Positions 28,836-37,930 of a DNA stretch of 64,000 nt are shown one piece after another. Positions within the stretch are counted from its first letter, which is position 1, and every line of letters begins with the position of its first letter. This DNA comes from Candidatus Bathyarchaeota archaeon (lineage in GTDB: Archaea > Thermoproteota > Bathyarchaeia > 40CM-2-53-6), in assembly GCA_963833125.1 (NCBI GenBank), contig CAWHWX010000012.1, forward strand, positions 64,001 through 128,000. The letters run 5' to 3'. The notes under the pieces were generated by a model. The model worked only from the letters and a program-made list of their open reading frames with translations, searched no databases and was not told the DNA's origin. The position numbers and the translations under genes are program-made.

Positions 28836-29196
28836 GAGTTTGTTTCCCTTTACTTTCTTATCTTATAGCTTGATTGGATGGCCTAATCTTTCGACATAGG
28901 ATGATATGGATTACGCGGTTTCCTGGCGTCCATCTGGGCATTGTATAGAGTGAAGCACAAGATGGGGAGCTGCAGTCTAGCGTTGTGAAGCATGGTTCAA
29001 AGCGAACAGATGTTATTGGGCCCGGGTTAATGGAACAACAGAATCATGGATTAGGGACAGCTTGTGGATGTTTGAAACTATCCAGCAGTTCTAACAATCT
29101 TTTCGGACTGAAGCTCACTAGTCAGCTTTAGGGCTCGCTGGTCCCCACTGGAGACTGAGCGTCCCGGAAGTTTACAGGGAAGAAGTGAAAGATAAG

Positions 29197-29213
29197 AAAA
29201 AAAAATTTGGGGG
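29197..29213 (-). terminator. Archaeal oligo-U terminator of the 29226-30068 gene
   Basis: T9 tract on the minus strand about 20 nt after the stop codon. Confidence 0.5.
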
Positions 29214-29225
29214 TGCCCTACGCTT

Positions 29226-30068
29226 CTATCGTCCAAGCATGCCGAGTATTCCGCCCAGCACACCTAAGACGAAGCCGGCCACAAAGCCTCCACCGATTAT
29301 GAGGCTTAGCACTGCCATCGGGAAGACGACGATGCTTCCGATTGTTCCGTAGCCAAGCAGCATCAGTATTGACCCGATTACCAGTATTAGCCCTATGATT
29401 ACGCCGATTGCGAATGATAGGCTAGCAGGGCCGAGTGCTGGCAACCAGAAGAATACTCCGACCCACATCGCGTAGAACCCAGGCGCAAGCAAAGCTGCTG
29501 CGTTGAGGATTACAAGTATCCCAGCGATTACTGAGAGAATGAATCCCCATAGTGATCTGGGTGACGAGGGGGCGTACATTGGCGGTGGTGGATACACTGG
29601 GTAGGCAGCTGCTGGTGGAGCCATCGGTGGTGGACCGAATGCTGGTCCAGCCATAGGTGGAGCCATCATAGGTGGCGCTGCCATAGGCGGTTGGCTATAG
29701 GATTGAGCCATTGGCTGTTGGGGCGGGCTATAGGCGGCTTGTGCTGGTTGTTGTGCTACCATTGGAACGACTCCTGCGTAACATTGCGGGCACAGGACGA
29801 GATCCATGTATGCTTTTGAGTCATCGCAACAAATCGACCTTCCACAGCGGTTGCAGACGTATACTGCTGGGAGGTTGGGGTGATAATAGCATTGTCCTGG
29901 TGCGGGCACACGAATAGGTCCGCCTTGGCTGACTGGTGTTACTACGCGGACGGATGGGACTGGTTTGAGTGAGGGGACCGCGCTGCCTGCGAGAGATGCT
30001 CCACAGCTTGAACAGAATGATGCGTCATCACGATTGTTGTAGCCGCATGATGGGCATTTCTTGACCAT
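29226..30068 (-). CDS. Zinc-ribbon plus B-box, Pro-rich linker and C-terminal multi-TM membrane protein
   Basis: CPSCG...FCSSCG; CYYH-x7-CNRC-x4-CCDD-x9-CPQC; PPMA-rich linker; about four hydrophobic helices; GGAGG RBS. Confidence 0.75.
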   Translation of the reverse strand: MVKKCPSCGYNNRDDASFCSSCGASLAGSAVPSLKPVPSVRVVTPVSQGGPIRVPAPGQCYYHPNLPAVYVCNRCGRSICCDDSKAYMDLVLCPQCYAGVVPMVAQQPAQAAYSPPQQPMAQSYSQPPMAAPPMMAPPMAGPAFGPPPMAPPAAAYPVYPPPPMYAPSSPRSLWGFILSVIAGILVILNAAALLAPGFYAMWVGVFFWLPALGPASLSFAIGVIIGLILVIGSILMLLGYGTIGSIVVFPMAVLSLIIGGGFVAGFVLGVLGGILGMLGR

Positions 30069-30553
30069 TTTTCTAATTTTCCTCCTTTAGTTAATTGACT
30101 CTGACGCACGGAGGGCCTATAAATGCACTTAAGCGTTTGGTCACGTATTGTCACATTGGTGAATGGTGAAAGTCAGATTATACCATTTTTTAACGCAAAA
30201 AGTTAGTGCACGCAACGTGACAGCCCTACCCCAAACCTCCGGCGTTTGCTTGACCTGTCATAATCTCATTTTACCAATTGGCTTGAATCTGCAGTTCCAG
30301 CGCCCTGATTTACGGCTCACGCATTGTCGAATCACCAATCAGGCTCGGTGTGTCGTGTAGGATTGTGCAACCATGCCGTTCAAGATCGCTTGCCCGTATT
30401 TGGAGGTAAGCTAAGGAAATCGGTCGCACGGTTAGCGTTTAGCCCTAGCTCATCTTCAACTTTCTATCTTGAAGTTTTGATTCCTCCAACGCATTGAGCA
30501 TCCAGATGCCAAGGTTAATTAGCAAACATTCCAACGCCTCCAGACCGACAAAA

Positions 30554-30662
30554 GCCCCGGTGGCTCAGCCTGGTAGAATCACCTAATGCCACAAGCGCCG
30601 CCTTGGTAACGCACAAGACGATTAGGCGAAGGTCGCGGGTTCAATTCCCGCCCGGGGCTCCA
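30554..30662 (+). tRNA. tRNA-Thr(GGT) with two introns (22/23, 17 nt; anticodon loop, about 15 nt)
   Basis: GCCCCGG TG GCTC AGCCTGGTAG[AATCACCTAATGCCACA]AGC G CCGCC TT GGT A[ACGCACAAGACGATT]A GGCGA AGGTC GCGGG TTCAATT CCCGC CCGGGGC T CCA. One C:A mismatch in the anticodon stem. Confidence 0.85.
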
Positions 30663-30757
30663 AAACCCATTGACTCGTTAAACTGAATTCGATACTTTTA
30701 GACTCTGTTCGATTCAACTGAAATTGGGGGAATTTGGGTGAAGTCGTTCTGTGCCGA

Positions 30758-31267
30758 CTAGTGGCATTGAAGAGAATTTCTCATGGAGTCCATGATCCTA
30801 TCGTATCTGCCACCGCTTCCGCTTGGCGTCATAGTGTACAGCACGTAATATCTGTTTGATTTGGGGCAGTGAACGTGTAAGGAATATGCTTCCCTCGGAA
30901 TGCTCTTGCTTCCAGTTAGGCCAGCTGATCTTTCGTCGAACTTAACCTTGTTCACGGAAACTTTGTGATTGTGTAGGGATAATGTGTCACGGGATACTCG
31001 CTCGAAGTTCTTCACATTCTTGCCCTTCTTCATGGCGTCAAGGCTGAAATCTGCGTGTTCTTCGGTAGTTGGGAATCGTTTAGAGACCTTCTCCAAATCT
31101 CCCCAAGAGAGGTATATTCTAACCCGGTCCACTTTGTCGGGGAGATGGAACACGACGTCGCCTGATTCGCGCCGCCCTTTCGAGTTGAATTCGACCCGGC
31201 TCTCTTCAGGGTAGTCTAACGAGAAGCCGTAGATGCTGAAATTTTCGAAGGAATCTGTCACAGCCAA
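30758..31267 (-). CDS. Hypothetical protein
   Basis: 169-aa ORF filling the gap between tRNA-Thr and the next genes. Confidence 0.6.
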   Translation of the reverse strand: MAVTDSFENFSIYGFSLDYPEESRVEFNSKGRRESGDVVFHLPDKVDRVRIYLSWGDLEKVSKRFPTTEEHADFSLDAMKKGKNVKNFERVSRDTLSLHNHKVSVNKVKFDERSAGLTGSKSIPREAYSLHVHCPKSNRYYVLYTMTPSGSGGRYDRIMDSMRNSLQCH

Positions 31268-31394
31268 TCTCGAAGAGAAACGAATTCGTTAGACTTAACT
31301 CTGTTGCACATTCATTTTCGATTAAAAATATTACAAAAGAATGGATATTATTGGATCCCCACAGCGAACCCAGGGGGCTAGGACGCCTATACCC

Positions 31395-31484
31395 TCAATG
31401 CGCCGTCTTTGCGTGGGTTTCCAGTTCTTCCTTGGTCTTGAAGAATTGCTTGCAGGCTGGACAAACATATGTTCCTTGCGACAT
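31395..31484 (-). CDS. 29-aa C2H2 zinc-finger microprotein (not in ORF track)
   Basis: MSQGTYVCPACKQFFKTKEELETHAKTAH*: Y-x-C-x2-C-x3-F-x5-L-x2-H-x4-H; GGTGA RBS upstream. Confidence 0.75.
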   Translation of the reverse strand: MSQGTYVCPACKQFFKTKEELETHAKTAH

Positions 31485-31605
31485 CAATCTCACCGAGAAA
31501 TAATGAACGATTCTCCAATATATGACTTAGCTCTTACAGCTCAGTTTATTCATCTCATTAGCCGAAGTAAACGATTCGCATAGACGTAACAAGACGTAAA
31601 AGAAC

Positions 31606-32877
31606 GTGGGCAATCAGCACCACCCAGCCAGGCCGCACGGGGAATTTGGTTTCTTGGAAGGATCATTCGCCGAATCAATTAGGCTCGCTACACGGTTCCG
31701 CGAACTCAATGACGAGCAGCTGAGTATCCTAGAACGTGTTGATGAAGCATGTCAGGAACTTTACTTACCAGAATTCGAGCATTACATCGCACACAAGTAT
31801 AATGCCGAACTCCCCAAGATTCTGAAGAAATACAACCTAATGGGTTTGACCGTATCGCCCGATTGGGGCGGCGCAGGCGCAGACCCGCTTACTTGGGCCT
31901 TGGCTCTAGAACGTTATGGACAGTTGGGACTCGGCGTAGTCACGTTCGTCGACGTCCACTCCCTACTTGCCTCACTTGCAATCCAACAGTGGGGAAGCGA
32001 TCAACTCAAGAGACATTATCTCATTCCCGCAGCGAAAGGAGATATTATTCTCGCGTATGGCCTAACAGAGCCTGAAGCCGGAAGTGAGCCTACCTCACTC
32101 AAGACCAGTTATGAAGAGCGGGATGGCGGGTACGTGTTGAATGGGACCAAGTATCTGATATCGAATGGATCTATCGCCGATTCCCTAATCATATTCGCAT
32201 ATCCGAAAGGAAAGAGGGAAGGAATGTCCGCATTCATAGTGGACTCGAAGACAGACGGTTTCTCAGTCGCCATGCATCTCGAAGAGAAGATCGGGCTCTT
32301 CACCTCCGATACGGCCATGCTTGAAATGACCAATTGCAAGGTACCCAAGGAGAACCTTGTAGGCCAATTGGGCAAGGGGCTCCACGTTGCCTACTCCGCC
32401 CTCCTGAACGGAAGGATCGGAATAGGATCAGGGTGCGTTGGCATCATTGGGGATTGTCTAAATTCAGTAACGGAACGTGCGAAATCAAGAGTTCAGCATG
32501 GTAAGCCGATTGGAAAACACCAATTGATTCAGCGTCATGTTGCAAACATGGCTATGAACCTGGAAATGGCCAGATGGCCAACTTACTTCGCCGCAGCTGA
32601 GAAAGCGAGGCTAGATGCAAATCCCACCGACCTCGAACTTCGCAACAAGGTAGACCTACAATCAGCAATCGCCAAACGTGTCGCGTCGCGGTTAGCGTAT
32701 GAGAGCGCTGATTTGGCAGTTCAGGTGTTCGGAGGTTTCGGTTACTCTTTGCTTTCCCCAGTGGCAAGGCATCTTTGCGACTCTAGGGTTGCACGAATTT
32801 ACGAGGGGACAGATGAGATTATGGAGCTGAAGATTGCGTCGCTGGTGCTCGGAAAAGGATTCGAAGCTTACAGTTAG
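31606..32877 (+). CDS. Acyl-CoA dehydrogenase family protein
   Basis: AYGLTEPEAGS, LNGTKYLISNG, R.QHGKPIG..Q and AVQVFGGFGY...RIYEGTDEI motifs. Confidence 0.92.
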   Translation: MGNQHHPARPHGEFGFLEGSFAESIRLATRFRELNDEQLSILERVDEACQELYLPEFEHYIAHKYNAELPKILKKYNLMGLTVSPDWGGAGADPLTWALALERYGQLGLGVVTFVDVHSLLASLAIQQWGSDQLKRHYLIPAAKGDIILAYGLTEPEAGSEPTSLKTSYEERDGGYVLNGTKYLISNGSIADSLIIFAYPKGKREGMSAFIVDSKTDGFSVAMHLEEKIGLFTSDTAMLEMTNCKVPKENLVGQLGKGLHVAYSALLNGRIGIGSGCVGIIGDCLNSVTERAKSRVQHGKPIGKHQLIQRHVANMAMNLEMARWPTYFAAAEKARLDANPTDLELRNKVDLQSAIAKRVASRLAYESADLAVQVFGGFGYSLLSPVARHLCDSRVARIYEGTDEIMELKIASLVLGKGFEAYS

Positions 32878-33332
32878 GTATGCGCTTTCGAATTCAGTTT
32901 GTTCTTGAAGTTTTCTACAACCTGCTCAATCATTTTGGTCGATGTGGAATCCAGCATCCTTGAGCCCAACCCAGCGATTATCCCACCCATCGTCACATCA
33001 GCAATCCAACCAACCTTACATCCTGATCTCAGTTCTTCCAGTGTGAACCCAGTTTGAATCTCAACTGAACTTCCGACTCCACGCCCTGTCCCAACGAGCT
33101 TAGCGGACATGGGGGGAACCTTGTCCACGACTCGAAATTCGAAATCCATATTCCCCCTGACTAAGCCAACCCCTACCTTTACTTTGGCACGGAAGCTATC
33201 CGGACTGAGAACCTCAACTGATTGCAAGTCGGGGAGGCAAGGGGCGATATCGTTAGGGTTGAGTAAGAAATCATAAGCAATCTTACGAGATGCAGGCGTC
33301 TCGAATGAACCTTCCAAATGCATAACCCTCAC
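32874..33332 (-). CDS. CoxG/SRPBCC family protein
   Basis: LEGSFE...DFLLNP..IAPCLP...KVGVG...GG.IAGLGSR pattern. Confidence 0.8.
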   Translation of the reverse strand: MRVMHLEGSFETPASRKIAYDFLLNPNDIAPCLPDLQSVEVLSPDSFRAKVKVGVGLVRGNMDFEFRVVDKVPPMSAKLVGTGRGVGSSVEIQTGFTLEELRSGCKVGWIADVTMGGIIAGLGSRMLDSTSTKMIEQVVENFKNKLNSKAHT

Positions 33333-33521
33333 TCCTATGGTAACTAACGCATTTTGATGCGTCGGATGGTAAAAGATTTGACTTTTGTACCCAGCAAAAG
33401 CGGGACTATGGCCATTGTTTGAAAGGGCCAGCCGGTGCTGTCTAGAATGGAGTCTGAGTAGGCCGCGAAGGTATTATTACACCCAGTCCCAGATAAAACA
33501 CGAGTAATTCAGGGGCAGGCT

Positions 33522-34160
33522 TTGGTAAACCTCGTGACACACATCGCCTTTTGGAAGAAGAAAGAGACACAAACAGCCCCTCAAGCAAAGCGAATTATCC
33601 CGCTTCCAAATCTGCCCGGTTCAACATTGGACACTCAGCAGCCGACCTCGATTGAGGCGGTAAATAGAGCTAGAGAGTCATTGAAGGTGCTGAAACTTGA
33701 AAGACAGATCCTCGGTTCCGCTGTAACTACAATCTACGAATCCCACACCAAGGGCGTAATTAGTGAGGTCGAGAGGGATCGGATGCTCGAGAAGTACAAG
33801 GTTGACCTCAAGAGGTTAGAGAAGGCTATACAAGAAAATCAGCAGATCGTCGATCTTCACGATCTAGAGATTGAGAGGGACGAGGTTGTTAAAGGCTTCA
33901 AAGCCAAACTTGCAGAGATCGACGCGAAACTCAAGGATCTCAAAGCAGGAACTTCTGCCGTGCCTGGGAAACCTGAACGGTCGGAAGGCAGTGGCGGCAC
34001 GGTAAGCAATGGTGGAAGTCAACAGTCAAGTCACGACGAACAGTCGAAAAATAAGGAGGATGATCAGGGGATTACTGATTCGGAAAAGCGGATTGTACAG
34101 ATTCGCGAGGAAATCCTCAAGGCTATGGATCGCCTTGAACAGATCGAAGCGGAAGGGTGA
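33522..34160 (+). CDS. Coiled-coil hypothetical protein upstream of rpiA
   Basis: Heptad-rich; G.ISE.ERD.MLEKY segment; ends EEILKAMDRLEQIEAEG; GTGA overlap with rpiA. Confidence 0.7.
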   Translation: MVNLVTHIAFWKKKETQTAPQAKRIIPLPNLPGSTLDTQQPTSIEAVNRARESLKVLKLERQILGSAVTTIYESHTKGVISEVERDRMLEKYKVDLKRLEKAIQENQQIVDLHDLEIERDEVVKGFKAKLAEIDAKLKDLKAGTSAVPGKPERSEGSGGTVSNGGSQQSSHDEQSKNKEDDQGITDSEKRIVQIREEILKAMDRLEQIEAEG

Positions 34161-34855
34161 ACTTGACTTCAATTGAGGAGGCTAAGCGGCGTGCCGTCCT
34201 CAAGGCGCTCCAACCCATAAAGAGTGGATGGATCATCGGGCTTGGGAGCGGAAGTACCACCGCTTACGCGCTTGCGGAAATCGCAAGGTTATCGAGAGCA
34301 AGGCATTTCGAATTATCCGTTGTGCCGACATCGCATCAAATTGAGAATCTGGCAATCTCACATGGGCTGCGAATCAAGACTATGAATGAGGCTCATACGG
34401 TCGATTACGCGATAGACGGTGCGGATCAGGTCGAGGTTCCGTCGCTTAACGTCATCAAGGGTGGGGGCGCCGCTTTGTTGAGAGAAAAGGTGGTCGACTC
34501 GGCGGCGCATAAGCTAGCGATCGTTGTGGATGAAACTAAGATTGCCAAGCATCTGGGCGACAAGCAACCTATTCCACTAGAAGTCTTCCCTTTTGCTTAC
34601 AAGTCGGTTCAAGTAAAGCTCACAAACATGGGTGCACGCGCCCGCCTCCGTGAAAGCAGCGGAAAGGTCGGCCCAGTTATCACCGATAACGGGAACTTCA
34701 TCCTGGACGCTGATTTCGGCAGAATAGAAAATGCGCTCCGGTTGGAACGACAGTTGAAGATGCTGCCTGGCTTGGTAGAAACAGGTCTCTTCTTGAAGAT
34801 GGCTGACCGTGTGTACGTTGGCCGAGACGACGGAAGAGTGGACGTTCTCGAATGA
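34157..34855 (+). CDS. rpiA: Ribose-5-phosphate isomerase A
   Basis: GLGSGST, DGADQV, IKGGGAALLREK and TDNGNFILD motifs. Confidence 0.95.
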   Translation: MNLTSIEEAKRRAVLKALQPIKSGWIIGLGSGSTTAYALAEIARLSRARHFELSVVPTSHQIENLAISHGLRIKTMNEAHTVDYAIDGADQVEVPSLNVIKGGGAALLREKVVDSAAHKLAIVVDETKIAKHLGDKQPIPLEVFPFAYKSVQVKLTNMGARARLRESSGKVGPVITDNGNFILDADFGRIENALRLERQLKMLPGLVETGLFLKMADRVYVGRDDGRVDVLE

Positions 34856-34933
34856 GCCTCATCCTCAACCGCTAAAGTAGTTTACTATTCCCTAATCTCA
34901 CAGCTCACGCAAATCGTAGAAATCGCAGTTGTA

Positions 34934-36163
34934 TTGCATCAGGAGCGGCGTCCGATTCTTCTAATTGCCGAGCTTTCTCATGCCAAGCATTTTAGGGGAT
35001 CCGTGCTGGATATTAATTCGGCGTTAACGAGTTTGAGAGCACGCTCATTATTGCTGGCGTTAACTCTCTCCTTGGGTGTTCTTTTCCTCCTGGTTCCTGT
35101 GCACGCTCAAACGATCAGTGTATCGAACTTGCAGTACTCTCCTACTTCGGTCCTCGGGAGACAAATGACGGTTACATTCACGGTTAGCTATGATGGTGCA
35201 AGCGTCGGCAACTATCTTGTCGCCGGAATTTGGGATGTTCAAGCAAACAGTTTTGCTTTCGGTTCCACAATTAGCTCCAACCCTTATTCTTGCCCGCAGA
35301 CGACCGGAAGTTACAGTTGGGCCGCTGCTTGTGTTTATGCAATATCAGATCTGCAAGGGTCAGAAACGGTAAGTTTCTCTTTAGTGATCTTATCCCCAGG
35401 CAATTACCGGTTTCTTGCACTCGCAGGTTTGGAGGATAAGAACTCCAAAGTAATAGTTCGCACACCTAATGAGCAAACTACTGGTAACCCGAACGTATTT
35501 TCTGTGTCAGTGATAGACAAGTTCACGTTGGCTGTTAGTCTTCCTGACCAAGTTTCAGTAACCCTCGATGGCGTTCGAGAGGGTCCTGGGTCTATTGGCT
35601 TGCAGATGTTTACGGGTACGCATTACATCTCGGTTCCTGACATAGTTCAACTCAACCCGACTTCAAGGTTGAAGTTCAAAGGTTGGTCGGACGGCTCAAA
35701 TCAGGCAACGAGGACATTTGACCTAGAAAGTGATTCAGAAATAGCGGCAACATACGTCACACAATATTTAGTGACTGCGACAACGGATTCGACGCTGCAA
35801 TCAGGCTGGTACAATCAAGGTACAGTTCTACAGTTTACGGTTAACAACACTCAATTGGTTAACAATTATCGGCTGCTTCTGGGCGGATTTGACGGATGGT
35901 ATAACAACGGTGAGTTGATAGCGATCTCGCCGAGCGCTTCGCTCACGATTGAGGGCCCTCTTACGGTAAGCGGTAGATGGAATTATCTGCCGTACATTCC
36001 TCTCTTGCTAATTGGGGTAATTGTAGCCATAATTCTGTTCTTTGCAAGGCGGAGGACTGTTCCTGCCCGACGATCGCCTTTGCTCAAAACCTCAAGTCGT
36101 AGGCGGTCCAGTGAACGAACTAGAAAAACGAGGTCGAGGAGACGGCCGAAATCAAGGAAGTAA
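34934..36163 (+). CDS. Membrane-anchored surface protein with InlB-B-like repeat and basic cytoplasmic tail
   Basis: Signal peptide (LLVPVHAQ); RLKFKGWSDG...YVTQY; C-terminal TM followed by an Arg-rich tail. Confidence 0.7.
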   Translation: MHQERRPILLIAELSHAKHFRGSVLDINSALTSLRARSLLLALTLSLGVLFLLVPVHAQTISVSNLQYSPTSVLGRQMTVTFTVSYDGASVGNYLVAGIWDVQANSFAFGSTISSNPYSCPQTTGSYSWAAACVYAISDLQGSETVSFSLVILSPGNYRFLALAGLEDKNSKVIVRTPNEQTTGNPNVFSVSVIDKFTLAVSLPDQVSVTLDGVREGPGSIGLQMFTGTHYISVPDIVQLNPTSRLKFKGWSDGSNQATRTFDLESDSEIAATYVTQYLVTATTDSTLQSGWYNQGTVLQFTVNNTQLVNNYRLLLGGFDGWYNNGELIAISPSASLTIEGPLTVSGRWNYLPYIPLLLIGVIVAIILFFARRRTVPARRSPLLKTSSRRRSSERTRKTRSRRRPKSRK

Positions 36164-36215
36164 AACCATCTAAGCCGATCAAAGGCCACATGTATTGTAT
36201 TCGTTAGGTTCGGTT

Positions 36216-36230
36216 GTGGTGCCGGGGGCG
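36216..36230. repeat. Direct copy of the tRNA-Met 3' end (putative att site)
   Basis: GTGGTGCCGGGGGCG is identical at 36216-36230 and 37740-37754 (18/19 when extended). Confidence 0.65.
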
Positions 36231-36352
36231 TGGTATCTGCAAGTATTGTTTTTCCGTAGGCTTGTCTCCACGGTTGGTGGATGATGGAACGAACTGACAG
36301 TCCCTCAATCCGAGGGAGAGTCTGGTCTCAATTCCCTCATATCGTCAGTGAC

Positions 36353-36964
36353 CTACGTCGATCTCGGCGAAAAACGATTTTTTGAGTTCGGCAACTGAAG
36401 CCACATTCCGCATGATTTTGCGTTTTCTTTCATAAGCCACTTTATACCGGGAAAACAACATAATCGTCGCTTTCCAGAATCAAGCATATCGCAAGCTTTC
36501 TCGATCCGGCGCCTGCGCGTTTCCGGTTGCTTGGCTGAGCTTATCGAGAAAATCCAGTCCCGGCGCGCCATTGGTGTGATATCCGCCCACGATGCCTGCG
36601 CCAGCGGGACAGCCGCAAGGGCTTTGCGTAGATCCATTGGCACTCTGGTCTCCGGTTCTTCTCCGGCCCGCGTAATCTCCACTGTTACGGTGTCTCCAGC
36701 GTCTGCGCCTATAGCATCGTGCATGGCTTTGTTAACCCTGAGCCGGTGACTTCCTTTTCCGTTTGGTTCGAGAGCGGCTCGAAAAGGGACGCTATTGATA
36801 GTTCCCTCAACCATCGTCATACCTCGTGATGGAAGCTTCGCACTCGCGTTCTTGGGCAGAGTTAGAAGGGTCCACGATCCGCTCTTTTTGGTTGCCTTAG
36901 GTCGAGACAACTTGCCACTGAAGCGAATCGTTGATTGAGATGCTTGCCGCTTAGCCAGTTTCAT
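36353..36964 (-). CDS. DUF1905 plus YdeI/OmpD-associated family protein
   Basis: LPSRGMTMVEGTIN..PF.A.LEP; VP.DL..AL...W..ITP.ARRDWI..I.SAKQPETR.RRI. Confidence 0.8.
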   Translation of the reverse strand: MKLAKRQASQSTIRFSGKLSRPKATKKSGSWTLLTLPKNASAKLPSRGMTMVEGTINSVPFRAALEPNGKGSHRLRVNKAMHDAIGADAGDTVTVEITRAGEEPETRVPMDLRKALAAVPLAQASWADITPMARRDWIFSISSAKQPETRRRRIEKACDMLDSGKRRLCCFPGIKWLMKENAKSCGMWLQLPNSKNRFSPRST

Positions 36965-37188
36965 ATCGATTATCTGATCGCTTTTTCTATTTTATTTTTC
37001 CCCCGGTCTCCCGGTTGAAGCTCCCTACACCCTCCCCACGTTCTTGGCGCAGTAAAAGGTTCGAATTGAATGATCTGCTCACGACGTCATGAGTTCACAT
37101 TTAGTCACCCGCGCCTACCCGCCCCGTGACACATAGGCCGAAAGCGTAATTAATTCAACCTAGCGACAACTCCGTTTGATGATGGAGC

Positions 37189-37599
37189 ATGGTCCATTTA
37201 GTTGATGAGGGCAGCGTGTTTGATGCCTCGATCGATAAGATTTGGAGATATCTATCGTCCGAAGACCACCGCCACCCTAGCTTCCAAAACGTAACGCGGG
37301 AAGTAACCGGAAACGTAGTCGTCATCACTTCCGAGCGGAAAATCATGGGTAACCTAGTGAAAGTGAAGATCAAGAACACTATCTATCCACCAATCGGGTA
37401 CGTATCGGAACATCTCGAAGGTCCCACCGCAGGATCTCGATCCTTCCTCTACTATACCCCGATGGACGATAAGACGAAGGTGACAGTCGTCGGAGATTTC
37501 AAAATTGGTGGCCTCGACGAAAAGGCAACAAAGGATGCCGTCTTGGCGATGATGCAGGTCACCTTTGACGAGGATAACGATAACCTCAAACGAATGTAG
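37189..37599 (+). CDS. Hypothetical protein (SRPBCC-like)
   Basis: FDASIDKIWRYL N-terminus and EGP.AGS motif; C-terminal helix FDED..NL. Confidence 0.65.
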   Translation: MVHLVDEGSVFDASIDKIWRYLSSEDHRHPSFQNVTREVTGNVVVITSERKIMGNLVKVKIKNTIYPPIGYVSEHLEGPTAGSRSFLYYTPMDDKTKVTVVGDFKIGGLDEKATKDAVLAMMQVTFDEDNDNLKRM

Positions 37600-37740
37600 T
37601 TAACTCCACGGTCGATGCTCTTCCGCCCCGAACTAAGCCGTTCCCGGACGGAGACCATTAAGCAGATCTTGCGTACCCGACCTAGACGAGCAAGCAAGCC
37701 GACGCCGGATAACCAACACCCCGGTAACAACAAGTATCGG

Positions 37741-37852
37741 TGGTGCCGGGGGCGGGGTTCGAACCCGCGGCTTCTGGGCCCACTGCTTTCCAGATTATGA
37801 GTTTCGTCCCACTAAGCCTGACTGGCGCTCTACCAGGCTGAGCCACCCCGGC
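37741..37852 (-). tRNA. tRNA-Met(CAT), elongator type, with introns at 30/31 (19 nt) and 45/46 (16 nt)
   Basis: Reverse complement: GCCGGGG TG GCTC AGCCTGGTA GAGC G CCAG[TCAGGCTTAGTGGGACGAA]A CT CAT AA TCTGG AA[AGCAGTGGGCCCAGAA]GCC GCGGG TTCGAAC CCCGC CCCCGGC A CCA. Confidence 0.88.
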
Positions 37853-37930
37853 ACGCGCCAGATGACCGGAAATTAGGGTAAAAACGTTCCCAATCCGAAG
37901 TCGATAAGGCTGGAAAGGCATTAAGTAAAC

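Noticed and set aside
24555-30068. PPMY (PPxY, WW-binding) motif in both B-box proteins
   Set aside because: Both lie in Pro-rich low-complexity linkers and no WW/HECT protein is visible, so chance or shared ancestry is sufficient.
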